IMG/VR virus record: IMGVR_UViG_3300037502_002145
Span: 1-64,000 of that record
Length of the DNA: 64,000 nt
Strand: one strand, 5' to 3'
Source: a virus
The position numbers were made by a program, and so were the translations under genes. The notes under the pieces were generated by a model that saw nothing but the letters and a program-made list of their open reading frames with translations, was not told where the DNA came from and did not search any database. Below, one piece after another: positions 29,755 to 40,537 of this stretch (its first letter is position 1; the number at the start of each line of letters is the position of its first letter).

Positions 29755-30015
29755 TTACTCAATCTCTTCACTATTTTTTGCAACACTTTTCTTTCTATTA
29801 GAACTCTTTACTTCTGAAATATTGATAGAATTTTCTTCTATTTCAGCTTTAGGATTATCTCGTTCATCAATAATTCTTATGTATTCTTTAAAACACTCGG
29901 GAGAACAACACAAACTTCTCCAATTAATTCCCTTCCCTTTATCACAATCATCACATGCAAAATACTCTTTCATGCATGACGGATTTTTACAAGTGTGATT
30001 TGGTTCATATGCCAT
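29755..30015 (-). CDS. Cys-rich hypothetical protein
   Basis: 'C..EYFAC..C...WR..CCSPECF'. Confidence 0.6.
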   Translation of the reverse strand: MAYEPNHTCKNPSCMKEYFACDDCDKGKGINWRSLCCSPECFKEYIRIIDERDNPKAEIEENSINISEVKSSNRKKSVAKNSEEIE

Positions 30016-30072
30016 GTTATTACCTCATTTCAAAAAAGGGATAAACTTTTACATCTATCCCTTAAATTAGTA

Positions 30073-30867
30073 TTATTCAACTATAAACCAAGTCCAATAT
30101 GTTTTATCTTTTGAACATGGATCAGTTAAACTTTCAGCCGCAAAGTTATGTACCGCTGGTTCTCCTCCAACTGAAATTGATACATTCATGTCAGGTTTTG
30201 CGTTGTGATAAACCTTTTTGGTGTGATATACGATCGAGTTGTCACATACGTCACGGCATAATAGGTCGATAATTAATTTAACATTTTTAGAATATTTTTC
30301 AGAGTTATTGATAAGTGCCTTACCAACAGTAGTCTCATATTCATAAGCAATTATAATTGCGTCACCAGTTTCAAAGTCACCAACTGGAAAAGTAGCAGTA
30401 GATCCAGATAAAGTAAATTTACCTGCACCAGCAGTTGCATCAACTTCATATTTTGTTCCTTGTGTCATATCTTTATTTGCCTTATAAGCATATTTAACAG
30501 AAGATACGATAGGAGTATCCGGTAAAGTTGCAACACCGTCAACCACTGTTACTGTTTCTACAGTAGGAACTACTAACTTATTAGTATCACTAGCTACACT
30601 TACATCTGCACCAATTTGAGCAGCTAAAGCAGAAGCTATAACATAACCATTATTGAACGTAATTCTAGAAGTTTTGTTTTGATCCATAGCGGATATTCTA
30701 CGTCCACCTGCACCTGTACCGAATACAGTTTCGCCACCATTTTCAAGTGTTGCATCTTTAATTTCATCAAACATGAAATCTAATTCACCTGTAGTTCTGT
30801 CTAATCCTGTAACAGACATAACTTTATCAATAACCAATTTGTCAAAATCAATAGCTGTAAGAGCCAT
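30073..30867 (-). CDS. Major tail (tube) protein
   Basis: Size, Thr/Gly/Ala-rich beta character, position after tail terminator, own downstream terminator (30035-30064). Confidence 0.7.
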   Translation of the reverse strand: MALTAIDFDKLVIDKVMSVTGLDRTTGELDFMFDEIKDATLENGGETVFGTGAGGRRISAMDQNKTSRITFNNGYVIASALAAQIGADVSVASDTNKLVVPTVETVTVVDGVATLPDTPIVSSVKYAYKANKDMTQGTKYEVDATAGAGKFTLSGSTATFPVGDFETGDAIIIAYEYETTVGKALINNSEKYSKNVKLIIDLLCRDVCDNSIVYHTKKVYHNAKPDMNVSISVGGEPAVHNFAAESLTDPCSKDKTYWTWFIVE

Positions 30868-30911
30868 ATTTTATACCTCCTTAAAGTTTTGTGTAAAATA
30901 AAAAACCTTAA

Positions 30912-31643
30912 TTATTTATCAAGGTTTCCTAGCCAATTTAATTCTTCCTGATTTAATTTTTTAGCATCAACACATCCGTTGTAAATACCACTGTATAGAT
31001 TTTCGGAATGCTTGATTTTTTGAATTCTCTGAACTGAATCATAAAAAGTATAGATAGGTAAATCCCAAACTGTTTCATGATTATATTTAAACCCTGAGCT
31101 ATTAACCATAGCCGATATTAATGGATTTAAGACTGATTCAAATTTTTTATTTCTTTGTCTCTTTTGTTTACGTCTTTCTGTTTCTATTAAATATTTCTTA
31201 GTGTGAGCATTACCTGCTTTATCAACTCTCTTTGGTATATAGTGCAGAGTACGAATATAATCAGTGATTAACCTATGTATATTAGTGTCTATCACAATAT
31301 CTTGGTCTTCACTGTAATAGAAAATATCGTCGTTTTGTTTATTTAAATATGGTTTAAATGATTTTATGTTTAGATCTCCTAGTAAAATCTTAGATTCACT
31401 TATCGGAATGTCTTTACATATCATGAAAAACAAATCTAAATCTTTTACATTTTCATAATCTATTCCAGCATCATCTAATTGAACTTTGTAATCAAAAGGT
31501 CGAGCAACTAATGCATTAACAAACATCCAATAACTCTGTTCACCATAATCACATATTTGTTCTAACTTAGGGTGTTCAATTGTGATTCTTGAATTTAGTT
31601 CATAAGGTTGACCTCTAAATAATCTGAGTTGGTCAAATCCCAT
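30912..31643 (-). CDS. Conserved tail-region protein (chaperone-like)
   Basis: 'VWDLPIYTFYDSV.RI..I....GIY.G.VD.KK...LNW'. Confidence 0.5.
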   Translation of the reverse strand: MGFDQLRLFRGQPYELNSRITIEHPKLEQICDYGEQSYWMFVNALVARPFDYKVQLDDAGIDYENVKDLDLFFMICKDIPISESKILLGDLNIKSFKPYLNKQNDDIFYYSEDQDIVIDTNIHRLITDYIRTLHYIPKRVDKAGNAHTKKYLIETERRKQKRQRNKKFESVLNPLISAMVNSSGFKYNHETVWDLPIYTFYDSVQRIQKIKHSENLYSGIYNGCVDAKKLNQEELNWLGNLDK

Positions 31644-32115
31644 ATCTCTTCACCCCATTTTTCATACTATTAGATACTGTATTAGTGAACTGCAATTCTC
31701 TTGCATAATAATCTTTTTCCCAAATACTTTCTTTATCAATAGTTAATTCCAACTGAAATCCCAATAAATTACTCCAATTAAACATGTCAACTAATACACC
31801 GCCTAAAACATCATGTCTAGACCCCCAAATAGTATTAATCTCATCTTTGTGGCATAGTACTACCATGTTGATTATTACAGTTTTATAAATATCGTTATAC
31901 TTGTTTTCTTTCGAATTATAATCAAAGCATATGTAATTCTTTACTGTAGTTGTTGTATCTGGTATTTTTATACGGGGGAACAAATTTTCTTTAGTTAATT
32001 TTTCAGGATTATCTGTTGAGATATTAGGATTGTTAATTAGAGTTAATACATCTTGGTTTTGGACTAATTGATTCATAATTTTATTTTTGTATTTAATTAC
32101 ATCAGAAATTACCAT
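31633..32115 (-). CDS. Putative tail terminator protein
   Basis: Position and size; 'R.D.L...L..MFN'. Confidence 0.55.
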   Translation of the reverse strand: MVISDVIKYKNKIMNQLVQNQDVLTLINNPNISTDNPEKLTKENLFPRIKIPDTTTTVKNYICFDYNSKENKYNDIYKTVIINMVVLCHKDEINTIWGSRHDVLGGVLVDMFNWSNLLGFQLELTIDKESIWEKDYYARELQFTNTVSNSMKNGVKRYGI

Positions 32116-32129
32116 CTATCCACCCCCCC

Positions 32130-33146
32130 TTAATAACCAATACTAATTGATAATTCTAATTCGCCAACATATCCACCAATACCATCACTAACAGAAATAT
32201 TTATTACCTTACCTAATAAATCATAATTCTCCAATACTTGTATCGTACAAGTCTTATCAACATAACTAACTATTATATCTGAGTCGTAACCAACAGGTTT
32301 AGTAATTACCCATATTGGCACGATAGTATCATTAATAGAACCATCAGCGTTATAGAAAGTAGGAGTGATAGTACGTTTACTTCCACCAACGGATAAAGCA
32401 CCACTAGCTTTTAATGTGGAATATGTATCGATAGGAGTCGGAGGATTAACATTAGGCTCAAAATAATCACATATACCTAAATCAGGTCTATCATCGGTTT
32501 TAGCTTGATCCTCAACACAGTAAATTTCAATTAAACCTTTTTCTCCGTAATTTAAAGCAGTAGTATCGACAAACGTAATCCTATAAGGTCTTGGTTCAGT
32601 AGGGTGTTTATCAAGATAAAAGCGGTCATCATTTCTCAATAAAAGTGTGTTTTCATCACATGGTAAAACAACCTTTTTTCTACCATCTGGAAGCGTCATT
32701 ATATCACTTTCTTTATCTCCAGTTCCTTGTATTCTGTTTGTTGATATACACGGATAGGAGAGGATAGTACCATCTGATGATTGGAATTTGATGGTAAAGT
32801 TACAAAGTTGGATTTTACCTTCCTTAATTATGTCTCCAATATTATAAATTTCAATGCAAAGCCAGTACTTATTTTCTTTTGTGTCGTAAATAATATCTCC
32901 AATATCTAAAGTCGAATCTTTTAAGACTTGAAATGAAGCAGTAACTATTTTTGAAACAGTTTTCTCATCGTAAATTCTACATTTAACTTGGGCATTATCT
33001 TTCCAGTGTATAATATTTAAATTAGCAGATGCATCATCTTCAAACAAAGCTTCGGTTATTCGCTTACTATCGTTTATTATGTTTTCACGATAAGTATTTC
33101 CTCCGGTTAATTCCATTCGTTTTTTAAACTTTTCATATGCCGTCAA
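32130..33146 (-). CDS. Head closure / head-tail joining protein
   Basis: 'GD.I....WLC......G....CN..IK'; position after adaptor. Confidence 0.6.
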   Translation of the reverse strand: MTAYEKFKKRMELTGGNTYRENIINDSKRITEALFEDDASANLNIIHWKDNAQVKCRIYDEKTVSKIVTASFQVLKDSTLDIGDIIYDTKENKYWLCIEIYNIGDIIKEGKIQLCNFTIKFQSSDGTILSYPCISTNRIQGTGDKESDIMTLPDGRKKVVLPCDENTLLLRNDDRFYLDKHPTEPRPYRITFVDTTALNYGEKGLIEIYCVEDQAKTDDRPDLGICDYFEPNVNPPTPIDTYSTLKASGALSVGGSKRTITPTFYNADGSINDTIVPIWVITKPVGYDSDIIVSYVDKTCTIQVLENYDLLGKVINISVSDGIGGYVGELELSISIGY

Positions 33147-33161
33147 TGATACACCCCCTTT

Positions 33162-33572
33162 TTATTTTTTCCATGCATATCTAACTAATAAAGTTTCATT
33201 TTCGCTTAAAAATGTCTTATGCATCAACATTAACTTGTCTAGAAAGTTTGCTGGAGAAAAAGCATGAAAATCTTTAGATGATAAATTAGCTTTTAAAATA
33301 GTAGGAACTCTTATATAATTTGAATCTAGAAATGAAAGTACCATAAAATTTGATAATATTTCAATTTCATCGTCATTGAGATCTACATTAAATTGGCTTA
33401 AGTCGTCATCTCTATTTGTAAGATCTTTTTTGCAAGAATAAAACGATACAATAGCTGGTCTTAAATAATCGTGCAACATCTCGTAAACATCTTCAATTGT
33501 CATTACTGGTATATCAAAATCCTTAAATTTGGGTAATATATTTGAATATAGTGATTCATAAGGAGTTGCCAT
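33162..33572 (-). CDS. Head-tail adaptor
   Basis: 'TPY..LY', 'FN.DL.DDEIEILS..M', 'FSPAN.L..L'. Confidence 0.7.
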   Translation of the reverse strand: MATPYESLYSNILPKFKDFDIPVMTIEDVYEMLHDYLRPAIVSFYSCKKDLTNRDDDLSQFNVDLNDDEIEILSNFMVLSFLDSNYIRVPTILKANLSSKDFHAFSPANFLDKLMLMHKTFLSENETLLVRYAWKK

Positions 33573-33581
33573 AAGCACCTC

Positions 33582-34163
33582 CTATAAATCTAAAAGATCA
33601 AACAAGTCGATTTGTAATAATTTTTCTAAATGCTTTACAACTTTAACATCTGATATTTCACCGTTAGCAACCATATCTTTGATTTTTGATACAATACTTA
33701 ACTTTATTCCTCTTGGTGGTAAAGCATCAAACTTATCTTTAATCGCATCAATGTTATCCAATGTATAAATATCACCACTCATTAAATCGGCATAATTTTT
33801 ATATGTAGATTCTAATCCAAATGCTTTGACAACTCTATCATCCATAGGTTTTAACCATAAATCTTTAAAGTAAGACTTATAATTTCTATTCATATCTTTT
33901 AAAGTAGCGTAATTCATTGGTTCTTCGTGACCAACTTCATTCCATTCATAAAAGTCATTGTTTTTAGCATCTTTATATGAAACGTTTGGAATTAATGATA
34001 CTACTAAGATTTCATCATCATCTTTTAATGGTTTTTTAGTTTCTACTATTTTTTCCTCTGCCACAACAATTTTTTCAGTTTTAACTACCGCAGAATCGTC
34101 TACGGTAGTCTTAACTGTACTAGCTTTTGTTGTGGTCTTTTTTGTTGAACTTGTATTCGCCAT
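33582..34163 (-). CDS. Conserved protein downstream of the capsid gene
   Basis: Low-complexity N-terminus; 'W..VG.EE.M..L', 'GEI.D...V..LEK.L..DL'. Confidence 0.55.
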   Translation of the reverse strand: MANTSSTKKTTTKASTVKTTVDDSAVVKTEKIVVAEEKIVETKKPLKDDDEILVVSLIPNVSYKDAKNNDFYEWNEVGHEEPMNYATLKDMNRNYKSYFKDLWLKPMDDRVVKAFGLESTYKNYADLMSGDIYTLDNIDAIKDKFDALPPRGIKLSIVSKIKDMVANGEISDVKVVKHLEKLLQIDLFDLLDL

Positions 34164-34199
34164 TAATTAAACCACCTTTTTATTTTATTTTTTTATTTT

Positions 34200-35240
34200 T
34201 TAAGCAAATGTAAATACGCCAAAGTAAGGAGGAAGTAATAATCCCATACCTAACTTAGTTTGGATTTGAATATCAACAGATTGATCGTTATTCTTTTTAC
34301 CTGTTGTATCCATTTCTGATCTTGTGTCGCCGATGTATTCTAATTTAATAGGTTTAACATCTCCACCCATGATAAATATCTTAGAATCATCTAATGCTAA
34401 TTCAAAAGTACCAGATTTAAGTGTTTGAGGAATAACCATTAAGGAATTACCTTCCCAATCACCAATTGAACCTGTACTAGCTTTAGCTTCTTTTTGAGAA
34501 TTAGCAAACATTTTATCAGGAACAATGTTAGCAACTTTTCTTAATGCACCCTTAGTACCAGCTAAAGTGATAGAACCATATCCCCCAGCAGCTTGAACTA
34601 AATCAACTAAAGAACCAAGAGCTTCTTCGCTGTTACCTTGTTTAGCAAATTCTGTAGGAACGGCATTTGCTACATTTTGGAATTGAGCATATAATCTATC
34701 TTGAATGTATTTGTTTACAGACTTATAAATCTTATCCATAATTTTTTCAAGACCAGTAATACCAAGTAAGAATCTTTCTAAATCTTCATAAACATGAACA
34801 TAAATCCATTCACTAGGAAGAGTTACTTCTTGACCTACATCAATAGCTTGACGATTAGTATCCCAGTGATTACCAGCAAAACTAGCAACTGATAATAAAC
34901 CACCTTCAGAATAGAAAGCTGTTTTGTCTCCTAAAGCTCTGTTTTTTACTTCAACAAAAGCGTCAATAAATGGAGAGTTTAATACGTTTTCTCCAATTGT
35001 TATATTAGTGATTTCTTCCATTATTTCAAATACAACTAAATTGTTTCTTCTGAAAGCTTGATATAAAGTTTTACCTTGTAAGATTTCTTTGTTGATTTTA
35101 TCTCTTAAGTAGTTTTCTAAATCTGTTCTAGATAATTTTTCATTATCAATATGTAAAGAAAAGTCGCCCCTTGCTAAGTCTAGGGTTAAATCATAAACAT
35201 TTGTTTGTTCCTTAGTGAAGTTTAATTTACTTCCGTACAT
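34200..35240 (-). CDS. Major capsid protein
   Basis: 346 aa after protease/decoration genes; 'RRN..VFEIMEE', 'FVEVKN.ALGD...F', 'KPIKL...GD'. Confidence 0.85.
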   Translation of the reverse strand: MYGSKLNFTKEQTNVYDLTLDLARGDFSLHIDNEKLSRTDLENYLRDKINKEILQGKTLYQAFRRNNLVVFEIMEEITNITIGENVLNSPFIDAFVEVKNRALGDKTAFYSEGGLLSVASFAGNHWDTNRQAIDVGQEVTLPSEWIYVHVYEDLERFLLGITGLEKIMDKIYKSVNKYIQDRLYAQFQNVANAVPTEFAKQGNSEEALGSLVDLVQAAGGYGSITLAGTKGALRKVANIVPDKMFANSQKEAKASTGSIGDWEGNSLMVIPQTLKSGTFELALDDSKIFIMGGDVKPIKLEYIGDTRSEMDTTGKKNNDQSVDIQIQTKLGMGLLLPPYFGVFTFA

Positions 35241-35265
35241 AATTCAGTACCTCCTTTTATTTTAA

Positions 35266-35808
35266 TTAAGCTAATGTGGTTACTTTTGCTTCAAATAACT
35301 CAGTAGAGTAACCATATGTGTTTGCAGTTGTAACAAGAGTAGCTCCTTGAACTCTTTTTCTCATAACTTGAGCTTCAAAAACAGGTGTAGTAGCCGCAGT
35401 TGCAGAAGCCACTAATTTACCAGTAGAATCAATTGTTAAATATGCGTTAACTAATAATGCGGCTTGAGTTGCAGTTGTCACACAAGCTTTGTTAATAGCA
35501 AATTCATCAGTTAAAGCTATAACTCTAACTCTAAATTTTGTACCTGCTGGGATAATATATTGATCTTTTCTTTGTTTTGAACGTAGACTTTCATCTTCAG
35601 TCCAAGCTGGATTATCAACAACAACTATTTCTGAACCAGCATTAGTACCTACTTCAAAATTGTAAGTTACGGATTCTCCTGTTGCTAAACCATTTAAATA
35701 ACCAAATGTACCATTTTCAATATCAGATGTTGATACAGCATCAAAAACTCTTTCAGCACCCTTAGTGCTTTTCATATTTGTAGATTCAAATACACCATAA
35801 ATAGCCAT
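35266..35808 (-). CDS. Head decoration / minor capsid protein
   Basis: Between protease and MCP; 'DIENG', 'I.AG...R'. Confidence 0.65.
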   Translation of the reverse strand: MAIYGVFESTNMKSTKGAERVFDAVSTSDIENGTFGYLNGLATGESVTYNFEVGTNAGSEIVVVDNPAWTEDESLRSKQRKDQYIIPAGTKFRVRVIALTDEFAINKACVTTATQAALLVNAYLTIDSTGKLVASATAATTPVFEAQVMRKRVQGATLVTTANTYGYSTELFEAKVTTLA

Positions 35809-35825
35809 AATTTAATTTCCTCCTT

Positions 35826-37298
35826 TTATTTACGCACTTTAATTGCGCCATATTTTGTTTGTATAATTCCATCATCATTAAGTGAATTATCAACTAGGTC
35901 GGCAACTAAAGAATCATCGTTTTTAGTTTTCTTTGTAAAATTTGCGTTTAAATTTTTTTGGGTAAACAGAATTGCACATTTTGATTCAATAACTTCTAAA
36001 GGTAGATTTTCTTTGTCTTCCTTAAGTGCAACATAGTCTGTAACATCAGATAAATGTTCATCAAATTTTGCAAAACATTCATCTTTCTTTTGTTCAGTTT
36101 CTTTCTTTACTCTTTCTTCAGCCTCTTTAACGAAATCATCGTATTTTGGTTTGATTTCATCGTAATCTGTTTTAATAGTGGAATAATTTGTTTCTGCTGT
36201 TTCCTTTTCGCTAGAAATTGTTTCAATTTTTCCATCAGCAACAATACAAAAATCCTCTAATTCTTTTGCAAAAGAAAAAGCACCGTCAATTGATTGAGTG
36301 CCTTCTACGAAATTTGCATATTCAATTTTCTTTTTTACTCTTGTTGCAAAGTCAATTTCTGGTTTATCACCATTCATTGCGAATGTGAAACCGTAATAAT
36401 TATAATTATCTGCCCTATCAATACAAATTACTTCGTTGTCCTGAATATCCACGATGGAATATCTAATACGCATATCCCCCCAACGATCTCTATACTGTTC
36501 ATGCGCAGATAAAATACCGTCTAATTCACTGTACTGTTGCATAACAGTTAATGAAAAATCAGTATTTGCATTATCTGGTTTTGCCATTTGTGTACCTCCT
36601 TCATTATTTTGGGTTGCCTTTAAAAAATCTGTGTAAGTCTTTAATTTATTTGACAATTCACTCTGAACACCTTTAACAAAATCATTCATTGTAAATTGGA
36701 CTTCAATGGTTGAGTTATGCATTCCGGGTTCTTGATCAATACCTAAAATACATGCAGCTCTGAATGAAAATTTAGTAAAATGAAATATATTATTTTCATC
36801 TTCATATCCTTCAACGGATGGTGGATGTAACTCCATGCTATGAGATTTAACCATATCTCGGTTCATAATTTCTGAACTCTTGTCAAACATATTCCACATA
36901 ACACCATCTACTACTAAAAATGTCCTAGTAACTCCATCATCACAGAGTCTATCTTCATAATGAGCATTATTATCCTCTGAACTAAGTATTACACCGTATG
37001 CAGTACCAGCATATTTTCTTTCTTTCTCCCCGTCTTTTCGCACTATAATATATCTGTGGTCAGAAAAATCATCATCTTTAATAGAATTTTTTTCTATAAA
37101 TCCAACTATTGGTATATATTCTAGTGATCCAATAGCGTCATCTACAACACTTTGCTCAAACATACTTGAATTAAAGTTTTCGCCTAAGTGCATCATCCAT
37201 ATTCTTACTTTTGTGAATCTACCATCAGTAGTATCCATTTCATCGAGTTTTTGAAACATTACTGGGACTGAATATTTTCCATACTGAATTAATTCCAT
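35826..37298 (-). CDS. Prohead protease / scaffolding protein
   Basis: 'H.GEN.N.S', 'IPIVG', 'SHSMEL', 'CILG...EPGM' then acidic coiled coil; AAGGTGG RBS before MELIQ. Confidence 0.8.
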   Translation of the reverse strand: MELIQYGKYSVPVMFQKLDEMDTTDGRFTKVRIWMMHLGENFNSSMFEQSVVDDAIGSLEYIPIVGFIEKNSIKDDDFSDHRYIIVRKDGEKERKYAGTAYGVILSSEDNNAHYEDRLCDDGVTRTFLVVDGVMWNMFDKSSEIMNRDMVKSHSMELHPPSVEGYEDENNIFHFTKFSFRAACILGIDQEPGMHNSTIEVQFTMNDFVKGVQSELSNKLKTYTDFLKATQNNEGGTQMAKPDNANTDFSLTVMQQYSELDGILSAHEQYRDRWGDMRIRYSIVDIQDNEVICIDRADNYNYYGFTFAMNGDKPEIDFATRVKKKIEYANFVEGTQSIDGAFSFAKELEDFCIVADGKIETISSEKETAETNYSTIKTDYDEIKPKYDDFVKEAEERVKKETEQKKDECFAKFDEHLSDVTDYVALKEDKENLPLEVIESKCAILFTQKNLNANFTKKTKNDDSLVADLVDNSLNDDGIIQTKYGAIKVRK

Positions 37299-37317
37299 TT
37301 TAATATCACCACCTTTC

Positions 37318-38817
37318 TCATCGTTTATCGTTAGCCTCAGTATCACGGGTAATTTCACCAGAATCAGATAATTCATCTTGCTCAGGTCTACCAGCCTCAC
37401 TTGAACCACTTTGAGTATAAGAAGAAGATAGTGGTATCATGTTTTCTTGGAAATTAAAAACCTTTTGTTGCAATATAAAAGCACCTTCAATTTTAGAAGG
37501 TGTTATATCTAAAGCTGCTAACCATCTAGGAATTAATGGAGCACCAAAGCTACAACTTTTTTGATATCTATCTATAACTTTATCTCTGTTATATATTGTG
37601 ATATCCAATAAGAACATTGCGAATTTATAGTTCTGTTTATTGTATTTGCCTATTTTGATACATCTGTTAATCCACCTCTCAAACTGGCGATAAACTGCAT
37701 AAATAAGTCCAGAATCATTTTCAATAGAATTAGTTAATGCAGTACCACTAGAAGATCCATTAAACATTTCTTTTGAAACACCACCAGAGTTATATATGTC
37801 ATCTGTTGAATCGGCTACATTGTTTCTTGTGTTACTACTATCTTTGAAAGATATCGCCTCACCTTTTGATCCTAAAGTATGAATTATACCTATATCATCT
37901 GACATACTTTCTCTGTTTAATTCCGCAAAAACTCCTAAAGTGTCTGGTGTTAATAAAGGCTTGTCAATTGTAGAATCATCAATTGGAACTTCAACCATTA
38001 TAGCCTTATAATTATCAGTTCTAGCAGATTGCAATTTTAATTTTTTATAGGTATCTAAATCAAAAATATCCCTAACCGTTGATATAAGCAAAGGATAAGG
38101 ATAAGTTAAGTGACTATTCAATTTAATACATATTTGTTTATCTGATGGGGGTATATACCAATTAGGAATATCTCCGTTTTTATAATCTAAGTATGCTCTT
38201 TGTAAAAACTCAGGATATGCACCGATATTTATTGGATTAATAGATGACAAGTTTACTTTGTAATTAAACAACCCATCTTGTGTTTTACATAATTTACACA
38301 TTCTATTATCAAGAGGTTGTATAAAGTAATCTTGATTACTATCAAAGACAACTCCATAAAAAACATCTTGGTATGGTAATACTTTCATTATCTTTGAAAA
38401 CTCATGTTTAATATTCATTTTCTCTAGATATGAAGCTAGTGCAAAATAGTGTTTTTTTAGAGTTTCTACGTTATAATTTTCTCTAACATCATACAAGTCA
38501 ATTCCCCAATCAAATACAGCCATGTTACTAAAATATGTATTTAAACGATTGTAATGAGGTGAAATACGCATTAAAAAATCACTAGTAGAAACTAATACAT
38601 CAGACATTGAATTTGGATATTCTAATGCGTTGTTAATTTCTTCAAGTGAATAATTTCCACACCTAAATGTTTCTATGATGTTATTTACACATAAATCATG
38701 AATCATAAGCCTTTTAAACCCTGTCCAGTCAACTGGTTTATTTTCATCTATAGACTTATTAAAATTATCTTCATCGTTCTGATATGCTTTTTTAGTGTAT
38801 ATTGTTTTATTTGGCAA
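37318..38817 (-). CDS. Portal protein
   Basis: 499 aa after TerL; 'GVS..MFN', 'QFERWIN', 'PLSSSYTQS...GRP'. Confidence 0.85.
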   Translation of the reverse strand: MPNKTIYTKKAYQNDEDNFNKSIDENKPVDWTGFKRLMIHDLCVNNIIETFRCGNYSLEEINNALEYPNSMSDVLVSTSDFLMRISPHYNRLNTYFSNMAVFDWGIDLYDVRENYNVETLKKHYFALASYLEKMNIKHEFSKIMKVLPYQDVFYGVVFDSNQDYFIQPLDNRMCKLCKTQDGLFNYKVNLSSINPINIGAYPEFLQRAYLDYKNGDIPNWYIPPSDKQICIKLNSHLTYPYPLLISTVRDIFDLDTYKKLKLQSARTDNYKAIMVEVPIDDSTIDKPLLTPDTLGVFAELNRESMSDDIGIIHTLGSKGEAISFKDSSNTRNNVADSTDDIYNSGGVSKEMFNGSSSGTALTNSIENDSGLIYAVYRQFERWINRCIKIGKYNKQNYKFAMFLLDITIYNRDKVIDRYQKSCSFGAPLIPRWLAALDITPSKIEGAFILQQKVFNFQENMIPLSSSYTQSGSSEAGRPEQDELSDSGEITRDTEANDKR

Positions 38818-38836
38818 TTTAGTATTTCACCTCCTT

Positions 38837-40537
38837 CTAATACATTTTTGGTTTATGATTTAACTTTGATAGTGATTTTGCATAATCTTGGGCATTGAAA
38901 TTATTTTTTTGTATAAAAGAAGTGTATTCTGTAATATACCATATTAAATATGCTAATGCCGAAAAACGATCCTTGTCTAATTTTTTAACAACTTTTTCCA
39001 CAGACAAAGCACCGTTATTCATATTCTTAAGTTTAAGATTAGCAATTTCTTCAAATAATAAATCTGTTTGAACATAAGGTAATATGTTTAATTCCACATT
39101 CTCTCTATCTTTTGAAGTAAAATCACCTTCTTGTTTTTTTGCTAATAATCTCAATTGTCCACTGTCAACTGAATTTATAAAATTTGTAATTACTTTGCTT
39201 TGATATGATTGGGCTTTCATGTCAAATAAACATTGTTCTGCTCCAATAGTTTCGGGCTGATTATCCGTATTCATTGTGTCCCAACAACCCAAATATTCAC
39301 CAGTTATAGGGTCATATGAATCTTTTAATAATTCATCTATAAGACCACTACCCAATCCATTACCATCGGCAATAACAGCTTTCGCATTAAAAGAATTTTT
39401 AGTCTTTTTTACAATACACGCCTGAGCTGTAAAATTCAATGAATTAGATATAGTTATTATATTTGGTATTTCTACAGACAATATTCTATTTGTATCTTTA
39501 TTTCTTATAACCCTTCCAACAGCAATGGAAGATTGGTTATTTGAACTTTTTTGAGATCTTGCAACATCGACACCAAGATAAAATTCTTCATCATTTTTAT
39601 TTTTGTTTATCATTGGAGTAGTAAGAGTCCGACATCTCATTAATTTATTAATATCAACTAACGCTCCGTCTGAACTTCCCACCCATTCTTGCTCGTAGTT
39701 TTGAGCAAAAGCAATAGGTGCGCTATTACGTTTCTTTTTAAGAATCTGACTTTTATTACTACCTCTACCAAACCAACATGGTAACATCCAATTAGAACCT
39801 AAGACTATTTGTCCTTTTAAATCACACATGTCGTCGTACATTTTTATACTTCTATAATATTCGTCTGATCCTCTAAACCCAGAAGTAGTAAAGAAGTGAA
39901 TCTGCTGATTTAATTCCTCTGGATCTACTAATCCTAATTTTCCCACAGTATATCTAGGCACTTCTGTAACAGGTTCTAATGCGTCTTCAAACAGGACATT
40001 GTTTAATAAGGCAGCTTCTTCAATTTTTAGTCTTCTTCTTCTTTGACCTTTTGTGCTTTGTGCATTTGCAATTGCATCCACAGTAGAACCATTTTTAAAT
40101 GTAATTAAAGCATCACCTTTTATAAATTTAGGCTCACACGCTAATTCATTTTCAATAAGCGGGTATTTTTTTCTAATTTCATTAAACTTAGATTTTAATA
40201 AGTCGGCTGCATTTTCTTTTGTTTGAGCAGAAATTGCCAATTCCATTTCAGGAAACAAAATTGCCACAATAACACAAGATAAAACTTCATTAAATGTCTT
40301 TGCGTAACCCCTACTAAAAACCCCGTACATATTCATAAATCGTACGTCGGTTCTTAAAAATACCCTTTGATCAAGATGAAGGTTAAAGTTACTCTTATCA
40401 GTTTTTAACAAATCGATAAATAAATCTGGATACCACCTTGCCCAACTAATAAAGTCATAGTAGTTATATAAGTTTTTACCAAACACCGTATCATCCTGAA
40501 GCTCTTGTATCCGTTTTTTTATAGACTCATCCGTCAT
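38837..40537 (-). CDS. terL: Terminase large subunit
   Basis: Walker A 'SRGYAKT', Walker B 'KIEEA', 'F.QNYE..W', nuclease 'GVDVAR', 'D.NGLG', 'KDRFSA'. Confidence 0.93.
   Translation of the reverse strand: MTDESIKKRIQELQDDTVFGKNLYNYYDFISWARWYPDLFIDLLKTDKSNFNLHLDQRVFLRTDVRFMNMYGVFSRGYAKTFNEVLSCVIVAILFPEMELAISAQTKENAADLLKSKFNEIRKKYPLIENELACEPKFIKGDALITFKNGSTVDAIANAQSTKGQRRRRLKIEEAALLNNVLFEDALEPVTEVPRYTVGKLGLVDPEELNQQIHFFTTSGFRGSDEYYRSIKMYDDMCDLKGQIVLGSNWMLPCWFGRGSNKSQILKKKRNSAPIAFAQNYEQEWVGSSDGALVDINKLMRCRTLTTPMINKNKNDEEFYLGVDVARSQKSSNNQSSIAVGRVIRNKDTNRILSVEIPNIITISNSLNFTAQACIVKKTKNSFNAKAVIADGNGLGSGLIDELLKDSYDPITGEYLGCWDTMNTDNQPETIGAEQCLFDMKAQSYQSKVITNFINSVDSGQLRLLAKKQEGDFTSKDRENVELNILPYVQTDLLFEEIANLKLKNMNNGALSVEKVVKKLDKDRFSALAYLIWYITEYTSFIQKNNFNAQDYAKSLSKLNHKPKMY

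Noticed and set aside
37299-37409. Apparent 92-bp overlap or fusion between portal and protease ORFs
   Set aside because: Strong RBS precedes MELIQ at 37298; the upstream extension is an ORF-caller artefact
38837-40537. Intron or intein in terminase, capsid or RNAP given two homing endonucleases nearby
   Set aside because: These ORFs are continuous and of ordinary length; both endonucleases are free-standing
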